64,000 nucleotides of DNA, taken from positions 111,027-175,026 of the forward strand of contig CAILEP010000006.1 of assembly GCA_903833275.1 (NCBI GenBank), written 5' to 3'. Under the pieces are notes generated by a model, which saw nothing but the letters and a program-made list of their open reading frames with translations, was not told where the DNA came from and made no database searches. The stretch is from an uncultured Bdellovibrionales bacterium (lineage in GTDB: Bacteria; Bdellovibrionota; Bdellovibrionia; Bdellovibrionales; UBA1609). The translations under genes were made by a program, and so were the position numbers. Positions 36,614 to 46,996 of the stretch are shown one piece after another. Positions within the stretch are counted from its first letter, which is position 1, and each line of letters opens with the position of its first letter.

Positions 36614-37955
36614 TAATTAGAAATAGTTGCCGAGTGCCTGTTCGATCGCTGACAAATAAAATATGCCGGCCATCGGGTGAAAAAGCGGGGTCTTCGTTGT
36701 TTGCCCAATGGCCATTGGCGCGCTTGGCCCCAGTCAGACGCATGAGCCCGCTGCCGTCAGAATTTACCACAAAAATATCGAATGCATCATGGGCCTTGTC
36801 GAGGCCCGCAAACGCAATTTTTTTACCATCAGGCGCCCAAGTGGGTGTCGAGTTGTAGAGGCCTGCAAAAGTTTTTCGCTTCACGTCGCCACCAGAAAGA
36901 TTCATGGTGTAAACCATCGGGCGCTCGCTGCGATCAGAAGAGAAGGCAATGGTGCTGCCGTCAGGAGTAATGGCCGGCTCAACATTCATGGCCAGCGAAG
37001 GCCCATGCGTGAGTTGAATTATCGACTTTCCGTCGAGAGACATTTTGTAAATATCGGCGGTCTTGCCTTGCGAAAGAGTCACAAGCATATTCTTATTGTC
37101 AGGTAAAAACTCAGCGCCTGAATTCATGCCTGTGCGGTAAGAAACCAGCCAGCGTTTGCCAGTTTTGACTTCGTAAACAAACAAATCGGGGTTGCGCATC
37201 GCTGGGCTGTTGCCGATCTTTCTTTTTACAAATGACGTGTAAGCAATAAATTCGCCGTTTGGGGACCAGGCGGGCGAAATCGAAATTGTTTTATGATTGG
37301 TAATGGGGTGCGAGTCGGCGCCATCCCAATCTGAAATAAATATTTCTCGATTGGTTTGAACGCCCTTATCAATGGCAACCACAATTTGATTATTGAAAAA
37401 ACCCGGCTTTCCGGTCACGCCTTTGACAAAGTCATTGGCAAAGGTGTGGGCGATTCTTCGTAGCGATCCGGTCGCTGATTGATATTTCTTGCCAATGATC
37501 AAATTACCCTGCGGGACATAATAGGCGTATATTTCAAGCGTGAGCTGATCATTGATAACCTGATATCCGCCCTTAATAAGAAACTCGGTGCCGATCGTTT
37601 TCCACTTATTAAAATCAAAACCATTGGGGGTAACGCCCGAAGGGCGCAGGCCAGTGCTTGAAGGGTCTTCGAGGTAGGCTTTGCGATCAATGTTGGTAAA
37701 AAGCCCGGTCGCCGCCAAATCATTCGTAATTATTGAAAAGATTTCGTCGCCGACCTTGTCGGCGGGGGCATCTTCTTTTGAGCCCAGAAACTGTAGCGAC
37801 GGAAAAGCCAGTAGGCTTTTTCGCACCTTCGCTTCGCCCACATCAATAAAAATTTTACTTTGAGTGAAGCCGGCTGTTGGGGTCATGAAGGTGGACGATA
37901 ATATCGCCAGCGACAAGAATGCGAGGCGCAGAATAACTCGATCTAATTTTTTCAT
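36531..37955 (-). CDS. tolB: Tol-Pal system beta-propeller protein TolB
   Basis: 474 aa with a signal peptide, TolB N-domain and repeated PxWSPDG-type blades (SPAWSPNG, TPTWAPDG, DPAFSPDG). Confidence 0.85.
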   Translation of the reverse strand: MKKLDRVILRLAFLSLAILSSTFMTPTAGFTQSKIFIDVGEAKVRKSLLAFPSLQFLGSKEDAPADKVGDEIFSIITNDLAATGLFTNIDRKAYLEDPSSTGLRPSGVTPNGFDFNKWKTIGTEFLIKGGYQVINDQLTLEIYAYYVPQGNLIIGKKYQSATGSLRRIAHTFANDFVKGVTGKPGFFNNQIVVAIDKGVQTNREIFISDWDGADSHPITNHKTISISPAWSPNGEFIAYTSFVKRKIGNSPAMRNPDLFVYEVKTGKRWLVSYRTGMNSGAEFLPDNKNMLVTLSQGKTADIYKMSLDGKSIIQLTHGPSLAMNVEPAITPDGSTIAFSSDRSERPMVYTMNLSGGDVKRKTFAGLYNSTPTWAPDGKKIAFAGLDKAHDAFDIFVVNSDGSGLMRLTGAKRANGHWANNEDPAFSPDGRHILFVSDRTGTRQLFLINVDGTNERRLTYDRLYYSKPKWGPVAE

Positions 37956-37975
37956 AAAAACCTCAACAAAAGAAG

Positions 37976-38701
37976 TTACTCAAACGGAAAGCGTACCATA
38001 ATTAATCTTGATTTCAATTCGTTCGGCGGCGGAGCAAACGGCGCCGCGCCCGCGACAGCTGCGAGGCAGCTCGCATCGAAAACGGGGTTGCCCGACGAGA
38101 CGTAGATCTCGCGACGTAGCAGATTGCCACGATCATCAATATCGATCACAACGGAGGCCTTCAGGTTGGCGTCGCTCAACCACTGCGGCAGCGACCAGTG
38201 TTCGCGCAAACGAGCGGTGAGATCTTCGAGATATTCATTCACCCGCAATTGTGACATCCCGGCAAAGCTGCTGCCGGATGAAACAATGTTGCCTTTAACT
38301 TGCTTTGGTTTTGCCGGCTCTTCTTTGGTGGCCTTAGCTTGAGCCTCATCGACCTCGCTTTTCATGCGATCGATGGCGGCCTGTGCCCTGAGTTTGTCGA
38401 GTGCTTTTTTCTGCAAATCTTTAACGTTTTCTTTTGGTTCAATTTTTGGGGCTGGTTTTGGTGGAGCCACCTTTGGCGGCGCGGGCTGTGCTTTTGCTGG
38501 GGCCTTGGGGGCCGGTGGCTCATCAACTTTGTCTGGTAACGCAACGATATCTACGCGCATTGATTGCGGGACAATAATAATCTCGCTGCTGCTGAAAAAA
38601 GCACTTTTTATTGAAAAACCAAACACGATAATAAGATGAAGCACGAGAGACGCGGTGACAAAGGTTTTAAATGAGTCGTCTTCTTGCTCAATCGCCGTCA
38701 T
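37976..38701 (-). CDS. tolA: TolA/TonB-family energy-transducer protein
   Basis: N-terminal TM helix, a Pro/Ala/Lys-rich linker and a TonB_C-like C-terminus. Position between tolR and tolB. Confidence 0.65.
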   Translation of the reverse strand: MTAIEQEDDSFKTFVTASLVLHLIIVFGFSIKSAFFSSSEIIIVPQSMRVDIVALPDKVDEPPAPKAPAKAQPAPPKVAPPKPAPKIEPKENVKDLQKKALDKLRAQAAIDRMKSEVDEAQAKATKEEPAKPKQVKGNIVSSGSSFAGMSQLRVNEYLEDLTARLREHWSLPQWLSDANLKASVVIDIDDRGNLLRREIYVSSGNPVFDASCLAAVAGAAPFAPPPNELKSRLIMVRFPFE

Positions 38702-39111
38702 GGTTTATTTCTGAGTATTGTCACGAGGCTAATGTTAAAAACGCCGGCCGCTCGAGCCTCGGCCATTACTTCTGCCACAACGCCATACTCAGTTTTTTTG
38801 TCGGCTTGAATATAAAGTTGTTTGTTTTTTCGAGTTTTAAAAATAGCGTCGATTCGTGTGCGAATTTCGGCGAGGGCAATGCTGACACTACCAGCGCTAA
38901 TTTGCCCTTCTTTTGTGATCACCAAAATAAACGGCTCGTCGCTTGTTTGAATGCCGCTGCTGGCAGTTTCGGGTAAGTTGACGTCAATGCCTTGCTGAAG
39001 CAGTGGTGCGGTCACCATAAATATAATCAAAAGCACGAGCATAACATCAACAAGCGGTGTCACGTTGATGTCGGCCATGACTTTAGATTTTCTAGATACG
39101 CCCATGCCCAT
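38698..39111 (-). CDS. tolR: ExbD/TolR-family protein
   Basis: INVTPLVDVMLVLLIIFMV motif. 4-nt overlap with tolA. Confidence 0.8.
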   Translation of the reverse strand: MGMGVSRKSKVMADINVTPLVDVMLVLLIIFMVTAPLLQQGIDVNLPETASSGIQTSDEPFILVITKEGQISAGSVSIALAEIRTRIDAIFKTRKNKQLYIQADKKTEYGVVAEVMAEARAAGVFNISLVTILRNKP

Positions 39112-39145
39112 TTTTTAACCCACTTCGATTGTCGTTAAAGTGCAC

Positions 39146-39886
39146 TCACTTGTCGTTAAAGAAATTTCTCTTCGCGATATTCAAAAAGTCCACAGCAAAA
39201 CTTTCGAGTTCAAGAGCTTCGCGCTGAGTTTGCGTTGTGAAATGGTTATAGGCGACTGTTGCTGGTATCGCGGCCACGAGGCCGATCGCGGTCGTGATGA
39301 GGGCCTCAGAAATACCTGGGGCAACAACTGAAAGGCTAGCCATATTTGTGGCGCCGATTTTATGAAAGGCGCCCATAATGCCCCAGACTGTTCCGAAAAG
39401 GCCGATGAAGGGGCCGGTGCTGCCGGTGGTGGCGAGAAAGTTAAGGCGAGTTTCAAGTACGGTGCTCTCGACGTTGATGGCTTTTCTTAAGGCGCGCTCA
39501 AGGTTGTCGATGCCCGAAAGAAGTGGAGCAGAATCTTTGGACGCCTGCTGCTGTGCTAAATTTGAATCCGCAATTTTGCGTAACTCGAGATAGCCCGACC
39601 GAAACACCCGAGCGATGTTGCTGTCGGGGTGTTTGTCAGATTTTGAAAAAATATCATCAAGCGACGTTGCCTTCCAGAAGGTGTCAAGAAAGGGTGCGTT
39701 TGCTTTGCGAAGATTATCGAGGGATCTTTTTTTAACAAAAATAATGGCCCAGCTGAAAACCGACATGACGGCCAGTAGCAATAGAACAAGTTGAACCGGC
39801 CAACTTGCGCTAACGATGGCTTCGAGAGCGCTAAAATTCATACCGGCAGAGACGTTTTGTGTGGTCGCAGCGTAAGCAATACTCAT
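39146..39886 (-). CDS. tolQ: MotA/TolQ/ExbB proton-channel protein
   Basis: TolQ-like TM layout and GPFIGLFGTVWGIM motif. Start is uncertain (ATG 39886 or ATG 39841). Confidence 0.8.
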   Translation of the reverse strand: MSIAYAATTQNVSAGMNFSALEAIVSASWPVQLVLLLLAVMSVFSWAIIFVKKRSLDNLRKANAPFLDTFWKATSLDDIFSKSDKHPDSNIARVFRSGYLELRKIADSNLAQQQASKDSAPLLSGIDNLERALRKAINVESTVLETRLNFLATTGSTGPFIGLFGTVWGIMGAFHKIGATNMASLSVVAPGISEALITTAIGLVAAIPATVAYNHFTTQTQREALELESFAVDFLNIAKRNFFNDK

Positions 39887-39975
39887 AGGTGTTTTGCGGC
39901 GAGTGAAAACCGCTCTCCATTTTTGTGATTCTTTTCGAATTTAAAATGTTAGGCGTTGTTGGCAAAAACGACAAG

Positions 39976-40794
39976 TTAATGCGGCAGAAATTGACTGGGG
40001 CGCGATGTCACAACGCCAGAGATGAGATCATCTTTGAGCAGCGCGCGCACTTGAGCCGCGTCATCAGAGCGCAGAAGCACGGCGAGGTGTCGTTTGCGCA
40101 TCTCGCGCATCAATCGGCTGTCTTCGTGGTCGAGCGTCATGACTTCACCAGTTGTGGTAATAAGTGGCTCAAGAAATAGAGAGGCAAGCAGTTTGGACTT
40201 TGCCGTTTCGGCTGTCGTTGAGTCGGTAATCCATTTTGCATTTCGCTCGCGCAAGAATTTAGTTGTATCAGCGAATGGAGAGCTCAAAATAAACTGGCTC
40301 TCGATGTGGGCCGCCTCAATAGTTAAAAAAACCTTTTCAAGGTAAATCGAGGCAGGGTTTTCAATGACCACGTAGTATTGGCTTTGCGGCAAAAGTTTAA
40401 TGAGCTGATCAAAACGCATAATGGGCTCATTTGAATTCGCAAATTTCAACCTATCGAGATCTTCTGAGGTCGTGTGGGTAACAAATTGCCCGGCTTTCTC
40501 TTTCAAATATTTATCGGGGTAAACATACCAGACGCCGTCAAACGAGAGACGTAGATCGACCCCGAGTAAGAAATTGTTCTTGGCGGCAGCGGCATAGGCG
40601 CCGGCAGTAAAGGCCGGGGAGCTCGTGCTGTCGCCCCCCCACGCGACCACTAATGGTCGTTTTTCTAATAGAGGGTGAGGTGCGACGGAATATTGTTGGT
40701 TTTCGCCCAGCAGGCGCAGCGCCCCGATAACGAGTGCGACCGCAATTATCGTCGAGAAGGCGATCATAAATAGGCGAAAGAACGCGAAAAACAT
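39976..40794 (-). CDS. membrane-anchored GDPD-like (glycerophosphodiester phosphodiesterase fold) protein, catalytic residues apparently substituted
   Basis: N-terminal TM helix. By-eye alignment to UgpQ: VVAWGGDSTSSPAFT versus IVAHRGGGKLAPENT, VVIENP versus NIEIK, and a VVTSRP end. Confidence 0.35.
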   Translation of the reverse strand: MFFAFFRLFMIAFSTIIAVALVIGALRLLGENQQYSVAPHPLLEKRPLVVAWGGDSTSSPAFTAGAYAAAAKNNFLLGVDLRLSFDGVWYVYPDKYLKEKAGQFVTHTTSEDLDRLKFANSNEPIMRFDQLIKLLPQSQYYVVIENPASIYLEKVFLTIEAAHIESQFILSSPFADTTKFLRERNAKWITDSTTAETAKSKLLASLFLEPLITTTGEVMTLDHEDSRLMREMRKRHLAVLLRSDDAAQVRALLKDDLISGVVTSRPSQFLPH

Positions 40795-40933
40795 AGAGGC
40801 AAGGTAATGCGGCCGAATCGATTCGTAAATAAGCTCTTTTATAACTTAATTAAACTGGTTTTCAGTTGATTTTCATTATACAATAGGGGTAGAAGTAGCG
40901 ACTTTATATAGTTGTTTCGATGGGTTAATAGAC

Positions 40934-41386
40934 ATGAACAAGCTGAATCGAAAAGTTGAATACGCCTTAATGGCCCTTAAATACATGAGCGAAAAATTCG
41001 CCGGGCACATTACCACCGTGAAAGAAATCTGCGCGGCCACCCATATCCCGTTTGATGCAACCTCACGGGTGATGCAGCAGATGGCCCAAAAGAAAGTTTT
41101 GAAATCTGAGCAGGGCGCGCGCGGCGGTTATTTGCTCGTAACCGATCTCTCTAAAATTAGTTTTCATGAAATTCTCGAAATCATCGACGGCCCGATGCAA
41201 ATTGTTCGGTGCGCGTCGGGCAAGAAAACTTGCGAGTTTTTGGCAAAATGCAATATGACCTCGCCGCTGCAAAACTTAAATCACCGGCTTGTCGATTTCT
41301 ATAAAGAGCTTTCGGTGGCTGAAGTCTTAAATTCGCGCGAGACCCCGCGCCTATCGGTTTCTTCTCAGGCGACAGGTGGCAAATGA
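40934..41386 (+). CDS. Rrf2-family transcriptional regulator (IscR/SufR-like)
   Basis: wHTH N-terminus ([11 protein letters not shown]) and Cys triad C-x6-C-x5-C. ATGA overlap with sufB. Confidence 0.8.
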   Translation: MNKLNRKVEYALMALKYMSEKFAGHITTVKEICAATHIPFDATSRVMQQMAQKKVLKSEQGARGGYLLVTDLSKISFHEILEIIDGPMQIVRCASGKKTCEFLAKCNMTSPLQNLNHRLVDFYKELSVAEVLNSRETPRLSVSSQATGGK

Positions 41387-42825
41387 GTAAGTCAGATTCA
41401 ACCACTTTGCCTCAGGCTGAGTATAAATACGGCTTTGTGACTGAAATCGAGACCGATGTCGTCCCGATCGGGCTGAACGAAGAAATTATTGGCATGATCT
41501 CGGCGAAGAAAAACGAACCAGAATGGATGCTGAATTATCGTCTGAAGGCTTATCGCCATTGGCTAACGATGAAAGAGCCTGCGTGGGCGCATCTGACCTA
41601 CGCCAAAATTGATTTTCAGAAAATCAGATTCTATTCGGCGCCGAAAACAAACGCCAATGCCGGCAAAAAACTTGAAGAGCTTGACCCTGAGCTTTTGAAA
41701 ACCTTTGAGCGTTTGGGGATACCACTGCTTGAGCAAAAGCGGATATCGGGCGTCGCGATGGATGTGGTGTTTGATAGCGTATCGGTTGGCACCACTCAGA
41801 AAGAGGCACTTGAAAAAGTCGGGGTCATCTTTTGTTCAATTTCAGAGGCCATACAAAAACACCCCGAGCTGGTAAAAAAATACTTAGGCTCTGTGGTGCC
41901 GGTGGCCGACAATTATTATTCAGCTCTAAACGCGGCTGTTTTTACCGATGGTTCTTTCTGTTATATTCCAAAAGGCGTGCGCTGCCCGCTTGATCTTTCG
42001 ACCTATTTTAGAATTAACGCCAAAGACACGGGGCAGTTTGAGCGAACACTTTTGATCGCGGATGAGGGAAGTTACGTTAATTACCTTGAAGGGTGCACGG
42101 CGCCTATGCGTGACGAAAATCAATTGCACGCAGCGGTGGTTGAGCTCGTGGCTCATGATAACGCCGAAATTCGCTACTCGACCGTACAAAACTGGTACAC
42201 CGGTGACCGTGAAGGTCGCGGTGGTGTTTATAATTTTGTTACAAAACGCGGCAAGTGTCAGGGTAAGAATTCAAAAATTTCATGGACTCAAGTTGAATCA
42301 GGTTCTGCCATCACCTGGAAGTACCCAAGTGTTATTCTTCAGGGCGACAATTCGGTTGGTGCATTCTACTCGGTGGCGCTCACTCACGATCATATGCAGG
42401 CCGACACCGGCACAAAAATGATTCATATTGGTAAAAACACCAAGAGCACAATTATTTCTAAAGGGATATCGACCGGGCAATCGTCAAACAGCTATCGGGG
42501 GCTTGTGCGTATTTTACCCTCGGCTGAAAAGGCGCGCAATTATTCACAGTGCGATTCGATGATTGTGGGCGAGCGTGCGAAGGCCAATACTTACCCGTAT
42601 ATCGAAAACCGCAATCGCTCGGCAGTCGTTGAGCACGAAGCCTCGACCTCGAGATTGAGTGAAGATCAGCTTTTTTACTTAAAATCGCGAGGCCTTGATC
42701 AAGAAAAAGCGATCGCCATGCTGGTAAATGGTTTTTGCAAAGATGTGTTTAAGCACTTGCCTCTTGAATTTTCGGTTGAGGCCGTGAAGTTGATTGAAAT
42801 GAAACTCGAAAACAGCATTGGCTAA
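41383..42825 (+). CDS. sufB: Fe-S cluster assembly scaffold SufB
   Basis: 480 aa with canonical SufB sequence. Confidence 0.92.
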   Translation: MSKSDSTTLPQAEYKYGFVTEIETDVVPIGLNEEIIGMISAKKNEPEWMLNYRLKAYRHWLTMKEPAWAHLTYAKIDFQKIRFYSAPKTNANAGKKLEELDPELLKTFERLGIPLLEQKRISGVAMDVVFDSVSVGTTQKEALEKVGVIFCSISEAIQKHPELVKKYLGSVVPVADNYYSALNAAVFTDGSFCYIPKGVRCPLDLSTYFRINAKDTGQFERTLLIADEGSYVNYLEGCTAPMRDENQLHAAVVELVAHDNAEIRYSTVQNWYTGDREGRGGVYNFVTKRGKCQGKNSKISWTQVESGSAITWKYPSVILQGDNSVGAFYSVALTHDHMQADTGTKMIHIGKNTKSTIISKGISTGQSSNSYRGLVRILPSAEKARNYSQCDSMIVGERAKANTYPYIENRNRSAVVEHEASTSRLSEDQLFYLKSRGLDQEKAIAMLVNGFCKDVFKHLPLEFSVEAVKLIEMKLENSIG

Positions 42826-42835
42826 TGAGGTCCCT

Positions 42836-43588
42836 ATGTTAAAAATAACCAACCTACATGCAAACGTCGGCGATAAAGAAGTTCTGAAGGGCGTCACATT
42901 GACGATCAATCCGGGTGAGGTGCACGCAATTATGGGCCCAAACGGATCGGGTAAAAGCACTTTGAGTAAAGTTATTGCGGGTTACCCGGGGTATGAAATT
43001 ACATCGGGTAAAGTTGAATTCGAGGTCAATGGTAAAATGATCGACCTATCTGAGCTTGAGCCCGAGGCGCGAGCGTGCGAGGGTGTTTTTCTTGCGTTTC
43101 AATATCCAGTTGAAGTTCCGGGCATCACGAACCTGGCCTTCTTGCACGCGGCCTTTAATGCTGTCTGTCGCCACCATGGCGCGCCTGAAATGAGCGAAGA
43201 GAAGTTCGCAAAATTTGTTGCTGAAAAATCAAAAATTGTCGAAATGGACCCGCGCTTTCTTGACCGCGGTGTCAATGTCGGTTTTTCGGGTGGCGAAAAG
43301 AAGCGTAATGAGATTTTGCAAATGGCCGTTCTATCGCCGCGACTCGCGATTTTAGACGAGACCGATTCTGGGCTTGATATTGACGCACTCAAAATCGTAG
43401 CCGGTGGGGTCAACAAATTGCGCTCGGCAGAGCGCGGGATACTTTTGATAACGCACTACCAGCGCCTTCTTGATTTTATTAAGCCAGATTTTGTGCACAT
43501 TCTTTCAGCCGGTCAAATTGTAAAATCGGGCAACAGTTCGCTTGCGCTTGAGCTCGAAAAAGAAGGATATAATGCCTACATCCGCTAG
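42836..43588 (+). CDS. sufC: Fe-S cluster assembly ATPase SufC
   Basis: ATG 42836 after [22 protein letters not shown] and LDETDSGLD motifs. Confidence 0.92.
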   Translation: MLKITNLHANVGDKEVLKGVTLTINPGEVHAIMGPNGSGKSTLSKVIAGYPGYEITSGKVEFEVNGKMIDLSELEPEARACEGVFLAFQYPVEVPGITNLAFLHAAFNAVCRHHGAPEMSEEKFAKFVAEKSKIVEMDPRFLDRGVNVGFSGGEKKRNEILQMAVLSPRLAILDETDSGLDIDALKIVAGGVNKLRSAERGILLITHYQRLLDFIKPDFVHILSAGQIVKSGNSSLALELEKEGYNAYIR

Positions 43589-44909
43589 TGGTTTAACTAA
43601 ACCAGAATGGCTGCGGGTCAGCCAACAAGAGGCGCAAGAGCGTCTTGTCGGCGCGGCATTGCCAACAGGTGACACCGAGGCTTGGCGTTACACGTCGCTC
43701 AAGAATTTTACTTTCGATAAATATTCATTGATATCGGATGGTCGCAAGGGCGATCAGGCGGCCTATGCTCCGCCAAAAGAAGTAAGTGCTGTGGTTGAGA
43801 GTGCAGACCGTGTCCTCTATTTTTATAACGGAGTATTTCTTCCGCAGATTTCTCGGGGCGCTCAAGGCCTAACCGAGTCTCCCAGTCTTTGCGTATCGCC
43901 ACTTTCAAAAGCGTTGAATGATAGCGGTCGTTCGAGCGAAATTGTTCGTTTCTTTCTTGATCGCCAAGCCAACGCTGACCTTGGTGCTTTCGGTGATTAT
44001 AATTTGGCCCATTTTACTGAAGGTGCATTTGTTCATATTAAGGGCTCAGAGCTTCTGAAAATCGCCGTTGTCCATCTCTATGGCAACATCAAAGACCAAG
44101 GGGCTGGGGCGATCGTTCAGGCCCCATTTTCGGTTTGCCCTCGGCAGGTTTACTATTTTGGCGAAAACACCAGGGCTGAGGTGATTGAGCTGCACGTCGC
44201 CGCCAATAACATTTCATTTTTTGTTAGTTCTGCGAGTGATTTGATTCTCGATCGTGCGGCCCAAGTTTCTTTTGGCCTGGGTCAATGGTTGGGCGATGAA
44301 GCTTTCGTGGTTCATGATGTGCATTTAAAGTTAAGTCGAGAGGCAGAGCTTGAATATTGTAATTTTGCTGTTGCGAGCTCGCCTCTTCGCAATGAAATTA
44401 TTTGCGATCTGCTCGAGGCGGGCGCTTCGGTAAAGCTTCTAAGCTCATACGCCGCAACAGATAAACAGCACATCGATAATAGCAGCGCTATTTTTCACCG
44501 CAAAGGCGAAACTCGAAGCGAGCAGGTGGTAAAGGGCGTGGTCTCTGGCAGCGCGCGCGCTATTTTTTCTGGCAAGCTTCGTATCGAGCAAGATGCCCAA
44601 AGGTCAGATGCGAGCCAGCTAAATCAAAATTTGCTTTTGAGTTCAAAGGCCGAAGTGGACACTCGCCCCCAGCTTGAAGTGTATGCTGATGACGTAAAAG
44701 CGGCGCATGGGGCCAGCGTTGGTGAATTGAGTGCCGACGAAATCTTCTATCTTGAGAGTCGGGGTATCGGCCGCGACGAGGCCAAACTTATGTTGGGGCG
44801 CGGTTATATTTTGGATGTAATTGGTCGTGTCGGTTCGACCTTTGTTCGGCAAGCTTTGAAGTCGATGGTTGAGCGATTACCGGCGCATTATTTCAGCGGG
44901 GGTGAGTAA
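43572..44909 (+). CDS. sufD: Fe-S cluster assembly protein SufD
   Basis: ATG 43572. C-terminal SufBD beta-helix block ([19 protein letters not shown]). Confidence 0.85.
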   Translation: MPTSASGLTKPEWLRVSQQEAQERLVGAALPTGDTEAWRYTSLKNFTFDKYSLISDGRKGDQAAYAPPKEVSAVVESADRVLYFYNGVFLPQISRGAQGLTESPSLCVSPLSKALNDSGRSSEIVRFFLDRQANADLGAFGDYNLAHFTEGAFVHIKGSELLKIAVVHLYGNIKDQGAGAIVQAPFSVCPRQVYYFGENTRAEVIELHVAANNISFFVSSASDLILDRAAQVSFGLGQWLGDEAFVVHDVHLKLSREAELEYCNFAVASSPLRNEIICDLLEAGASVKLLSSYAATDKQHIDNSSAIFHRKGETRSEQVVKGVVSGSARAIFSGKLRIEQDAQRSDASQLNQNLLLSSKAEVDTRPQLEVYADDVKAAHGASVGELSADEIFYLESRGIGRDEAKLMLGRGYILDVIGRVGSTFVRQALKSMVERLPAHYFSGGE

Positions 44910-46117
44910 TGAAAGATCTTCGCGCCCAGTTTCCGGCTGTTCATCAAAAAGTAAATGGCTCACCACTTGTTTATCTCGATAGTGCGGCCACATCATTGAA
45001 GCCGCAGAAGGTTATCGATGTGCTCACCGAATTTTACAGCCGAGAGACGGCGAACGTGCACCGCGGGGCCCATTTTCTAAGTGACCGGGCCACTCAAAAA
45101 TTTGAGAAAGCGCGCGAATCGATTCAAAAGTTTATAAATGCTGAAAGCCCGAATGAAATTGTTTTTACCAAAGGCACAACCGAAGGGTTGAACCTTTTGG
45201 CCCAATGTTGGGGGCGACGGTTTTTGCGCGCCGGAGATGAAATTATTTTAAGTGAAATGGAGCACCATTCGAATATCGTGCCCTGGCAAATGCTCGCAGA
45301 AGAAATAAAAATTAAAATTAATTTTATTAAGGTGACTGATTCGGGCGAACTTGATTTTGCTCATTTTCAGACGCTTCTCAGCGAAAGAGTAAAGCTAGTT
45401 TCAATCACCCATTGTTCAAATACGCTCGGGACGCTCAATGATGTCAAAAAGTTCATTTTTGAGGCCCAGCGTTTCGGCGCAAAAACGGTAATCGATGCAG
45501 CCCAATCGGTGACTTTTCAGAAAATTGACGTTCAATATTTGGATTGTGATTTTCTGGTTTTTTCGGGTCACAAATTGTACGGCCCCTATGGCGTTGGCGT
45601 CCTTTACGGGCGCGAAGAAATACTCAATCAGATGCCGCCTTATCAAGGTGGCGGAGCAATGATTGCTCAGGTGACCAAAGACGGGACGACCTACTTGAAT
45701 GCTCCGCAAAGATTTGAAGCCGGCACGCCAAATATATCAGGGGTGATTGGTCTTGGTGCCGCGGTCGAGTTCTCAAATAGTCTAAATCTTACCAAAGTTT
45801 TGGCGCATGAGCGCGAATTGCTTGAGCGTGCAACGGAACAACTTAAAAGTTTTAGCGATGTACGAATTATCGGCGAGTCACCGTCGCGCGTGAATATTTT
45901 GAGTTTTGTAATCGCCGGCCAGCACCCTGCGGACATTGGGCAAATTTTAGATCAACAGGGGGTAGCGGTAAGAGTGGGCCATCATTGCAATCAGCCTCTC
46001 ATGAAGCGATTTGGCATTGCCGGCACGGTGCGCATTTCATTCGGTGTGTATAACACCGTCGAAGATGTGGATATTTTAATTAGGGCGCTAAAAAAAGCGC
46101 AGGAGTTATTGTCATGA
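44909..46117 (+). CDS. sufS: cysteine desulfurase SufS (class V aminotransferase)
   Basis: SGHKLYGP PLP-lysine motif and HHCNQP active-site Cys loop. Confidence 0.9.
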   Translation: MKDLRAQFPAVHQKVNGSPLVYLDSAATSLKPQKVIDVLTEFYSRETANVHRGAHFLSDRATQKFEKARESIQKFINAESPNEIVFTKGTTEGLNLLAQCWGRRFLRAGDEIILSEMEHHSNIVPWQMLAEEIKIKINFIKVTDSGELDFAHFQTLLSERVKLVSITHCSNTLGTLNDVKKFIFEAQRFGAKTVIDAAQSVTFQKIDVQYLDCDFLVFSGHKLYGPYGVGVLYGREEILNQMPPYQGGGAMIAQVTKDGTTYLNAPQRFEAGTPNISGVIGLGAAVEFSNSLNLTKVLAHERELLERATEQLKSFSDVRIIGESPSRVNILSFVIAGQHPADIGQILDQQGVAVRVGHHCNQPLMKRFGIAGTVRISFGVYNTVEDVDILIRALKKAQELLS

Positions 46118-46707
46118 GCAAACAAATACCAATAGCAGCCGACGACATATTGATTCGTGCCCAAGATACACCGAACCCACTGGCTATTAAGTTTATTGTC
46201 AATTTCTCCTTAAAGACCGCGGGTAATGCGACCTTCACCAATAAAGAACAGTGCGGTGAACTGCCGTTGGCGGCAGCGATGTTTGATATCCCGGGTGTCG
46301 AGCAGATCTATTTTTTTCAAAATACACTGACCGTGACTCACAATGATGAGTTGCCGGTTGAAATGGTGAAAGAGCATGTGAAGGCGATTATTAAGACTCG
46401 CCTAAGTGTGCATGACCCTGATTTTGAGTCTCTGGATGACCAAAAGGCGAAGGTAAAGCCTGATCGAACTCATCTTTCGCCCGAGCTGCAGGCGATTGAA
46501 GAAATTCTTGATCGCACAATTCGCCCGGGCCTGCAATCGGATGGCGGCGATATTGAGGTCGTTGAGTTCAAGGATAATGACGTAAAAATTATTTATCAGG
46601 GCGCCTGTGGTGGCTGTCCGAGCTCGATGATGGGCACACTCGATGCCATACAAAGCATTTTGCGAAATGAACTTAAGAACGACGAGATCACCGTACAGCC
46701 GATTTAG
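46114..46707 (+). CDS. NifU-like Fe-S carrier (Nfu_N + NifU C-terminal CxxC domain)
   Basis: TPNPLAIKF N-domain and GACGGCPSS motif. Confidence 0.85.
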   Translation: MSKQIPIAADDILIRAQDTPNPLAIKFIVNFSLKTAGNATFTNKEQCGELPLAAAMFDIPGVEQIYFFQNTLTVTHNDELPVEMVKEHVKAIIKTRLSVHDPDFESLDDQKAKVKPDRTHLSPELQAIEEILDRTIRPGLQSDGGDIEVVEFKDNDVKIIYQGACGGCPSSMMGTLDAIQSILRNELKNDEITVQPI

Positions 46708-46709
46708 GC

Positions 46710-46850
46710 TTACCGGCTGGCGGAAGATTGTGAGGCCAAGGGGGCATCCGAGGGTTTGGGGAATGCTGTAGCGGTGCCAGTCCACATATACAAAATTAGA
46801 ACAAAACTCGCGAGGATAACGGCTATCATCAAACTCTTTGCGCGACTCAT
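46710..46850 (-). CDS. possible 46-aa small membrane/secreted protein
   Basis: Own translation: MSRAKSLMIAVILASFVLILYMWTGTATAFPKPSDAPLASQSSASR. GAGAGGA RBS upstream. Below the ORF-track cutoff. Confidence 0.3.
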   Translation of the reverse strand: MSRAKSLMIAVILASFVLILYMWTGTATAFPKPSDAPLASQSSASR

Positions 46851-46996
46851 GTCTAGTCCTCTCAAAAATAATGGGGCGCCTTGGCTCTAACTAGATTATC
46901 GGCTAGTCGGGCCTGAAACCTTCACGAAATGGCCTCTTTTGTGGTAGTTTTTTAGCCGCGCACTGTTTTAATCTGAGAATAAAAGTTAGGTGTTGT

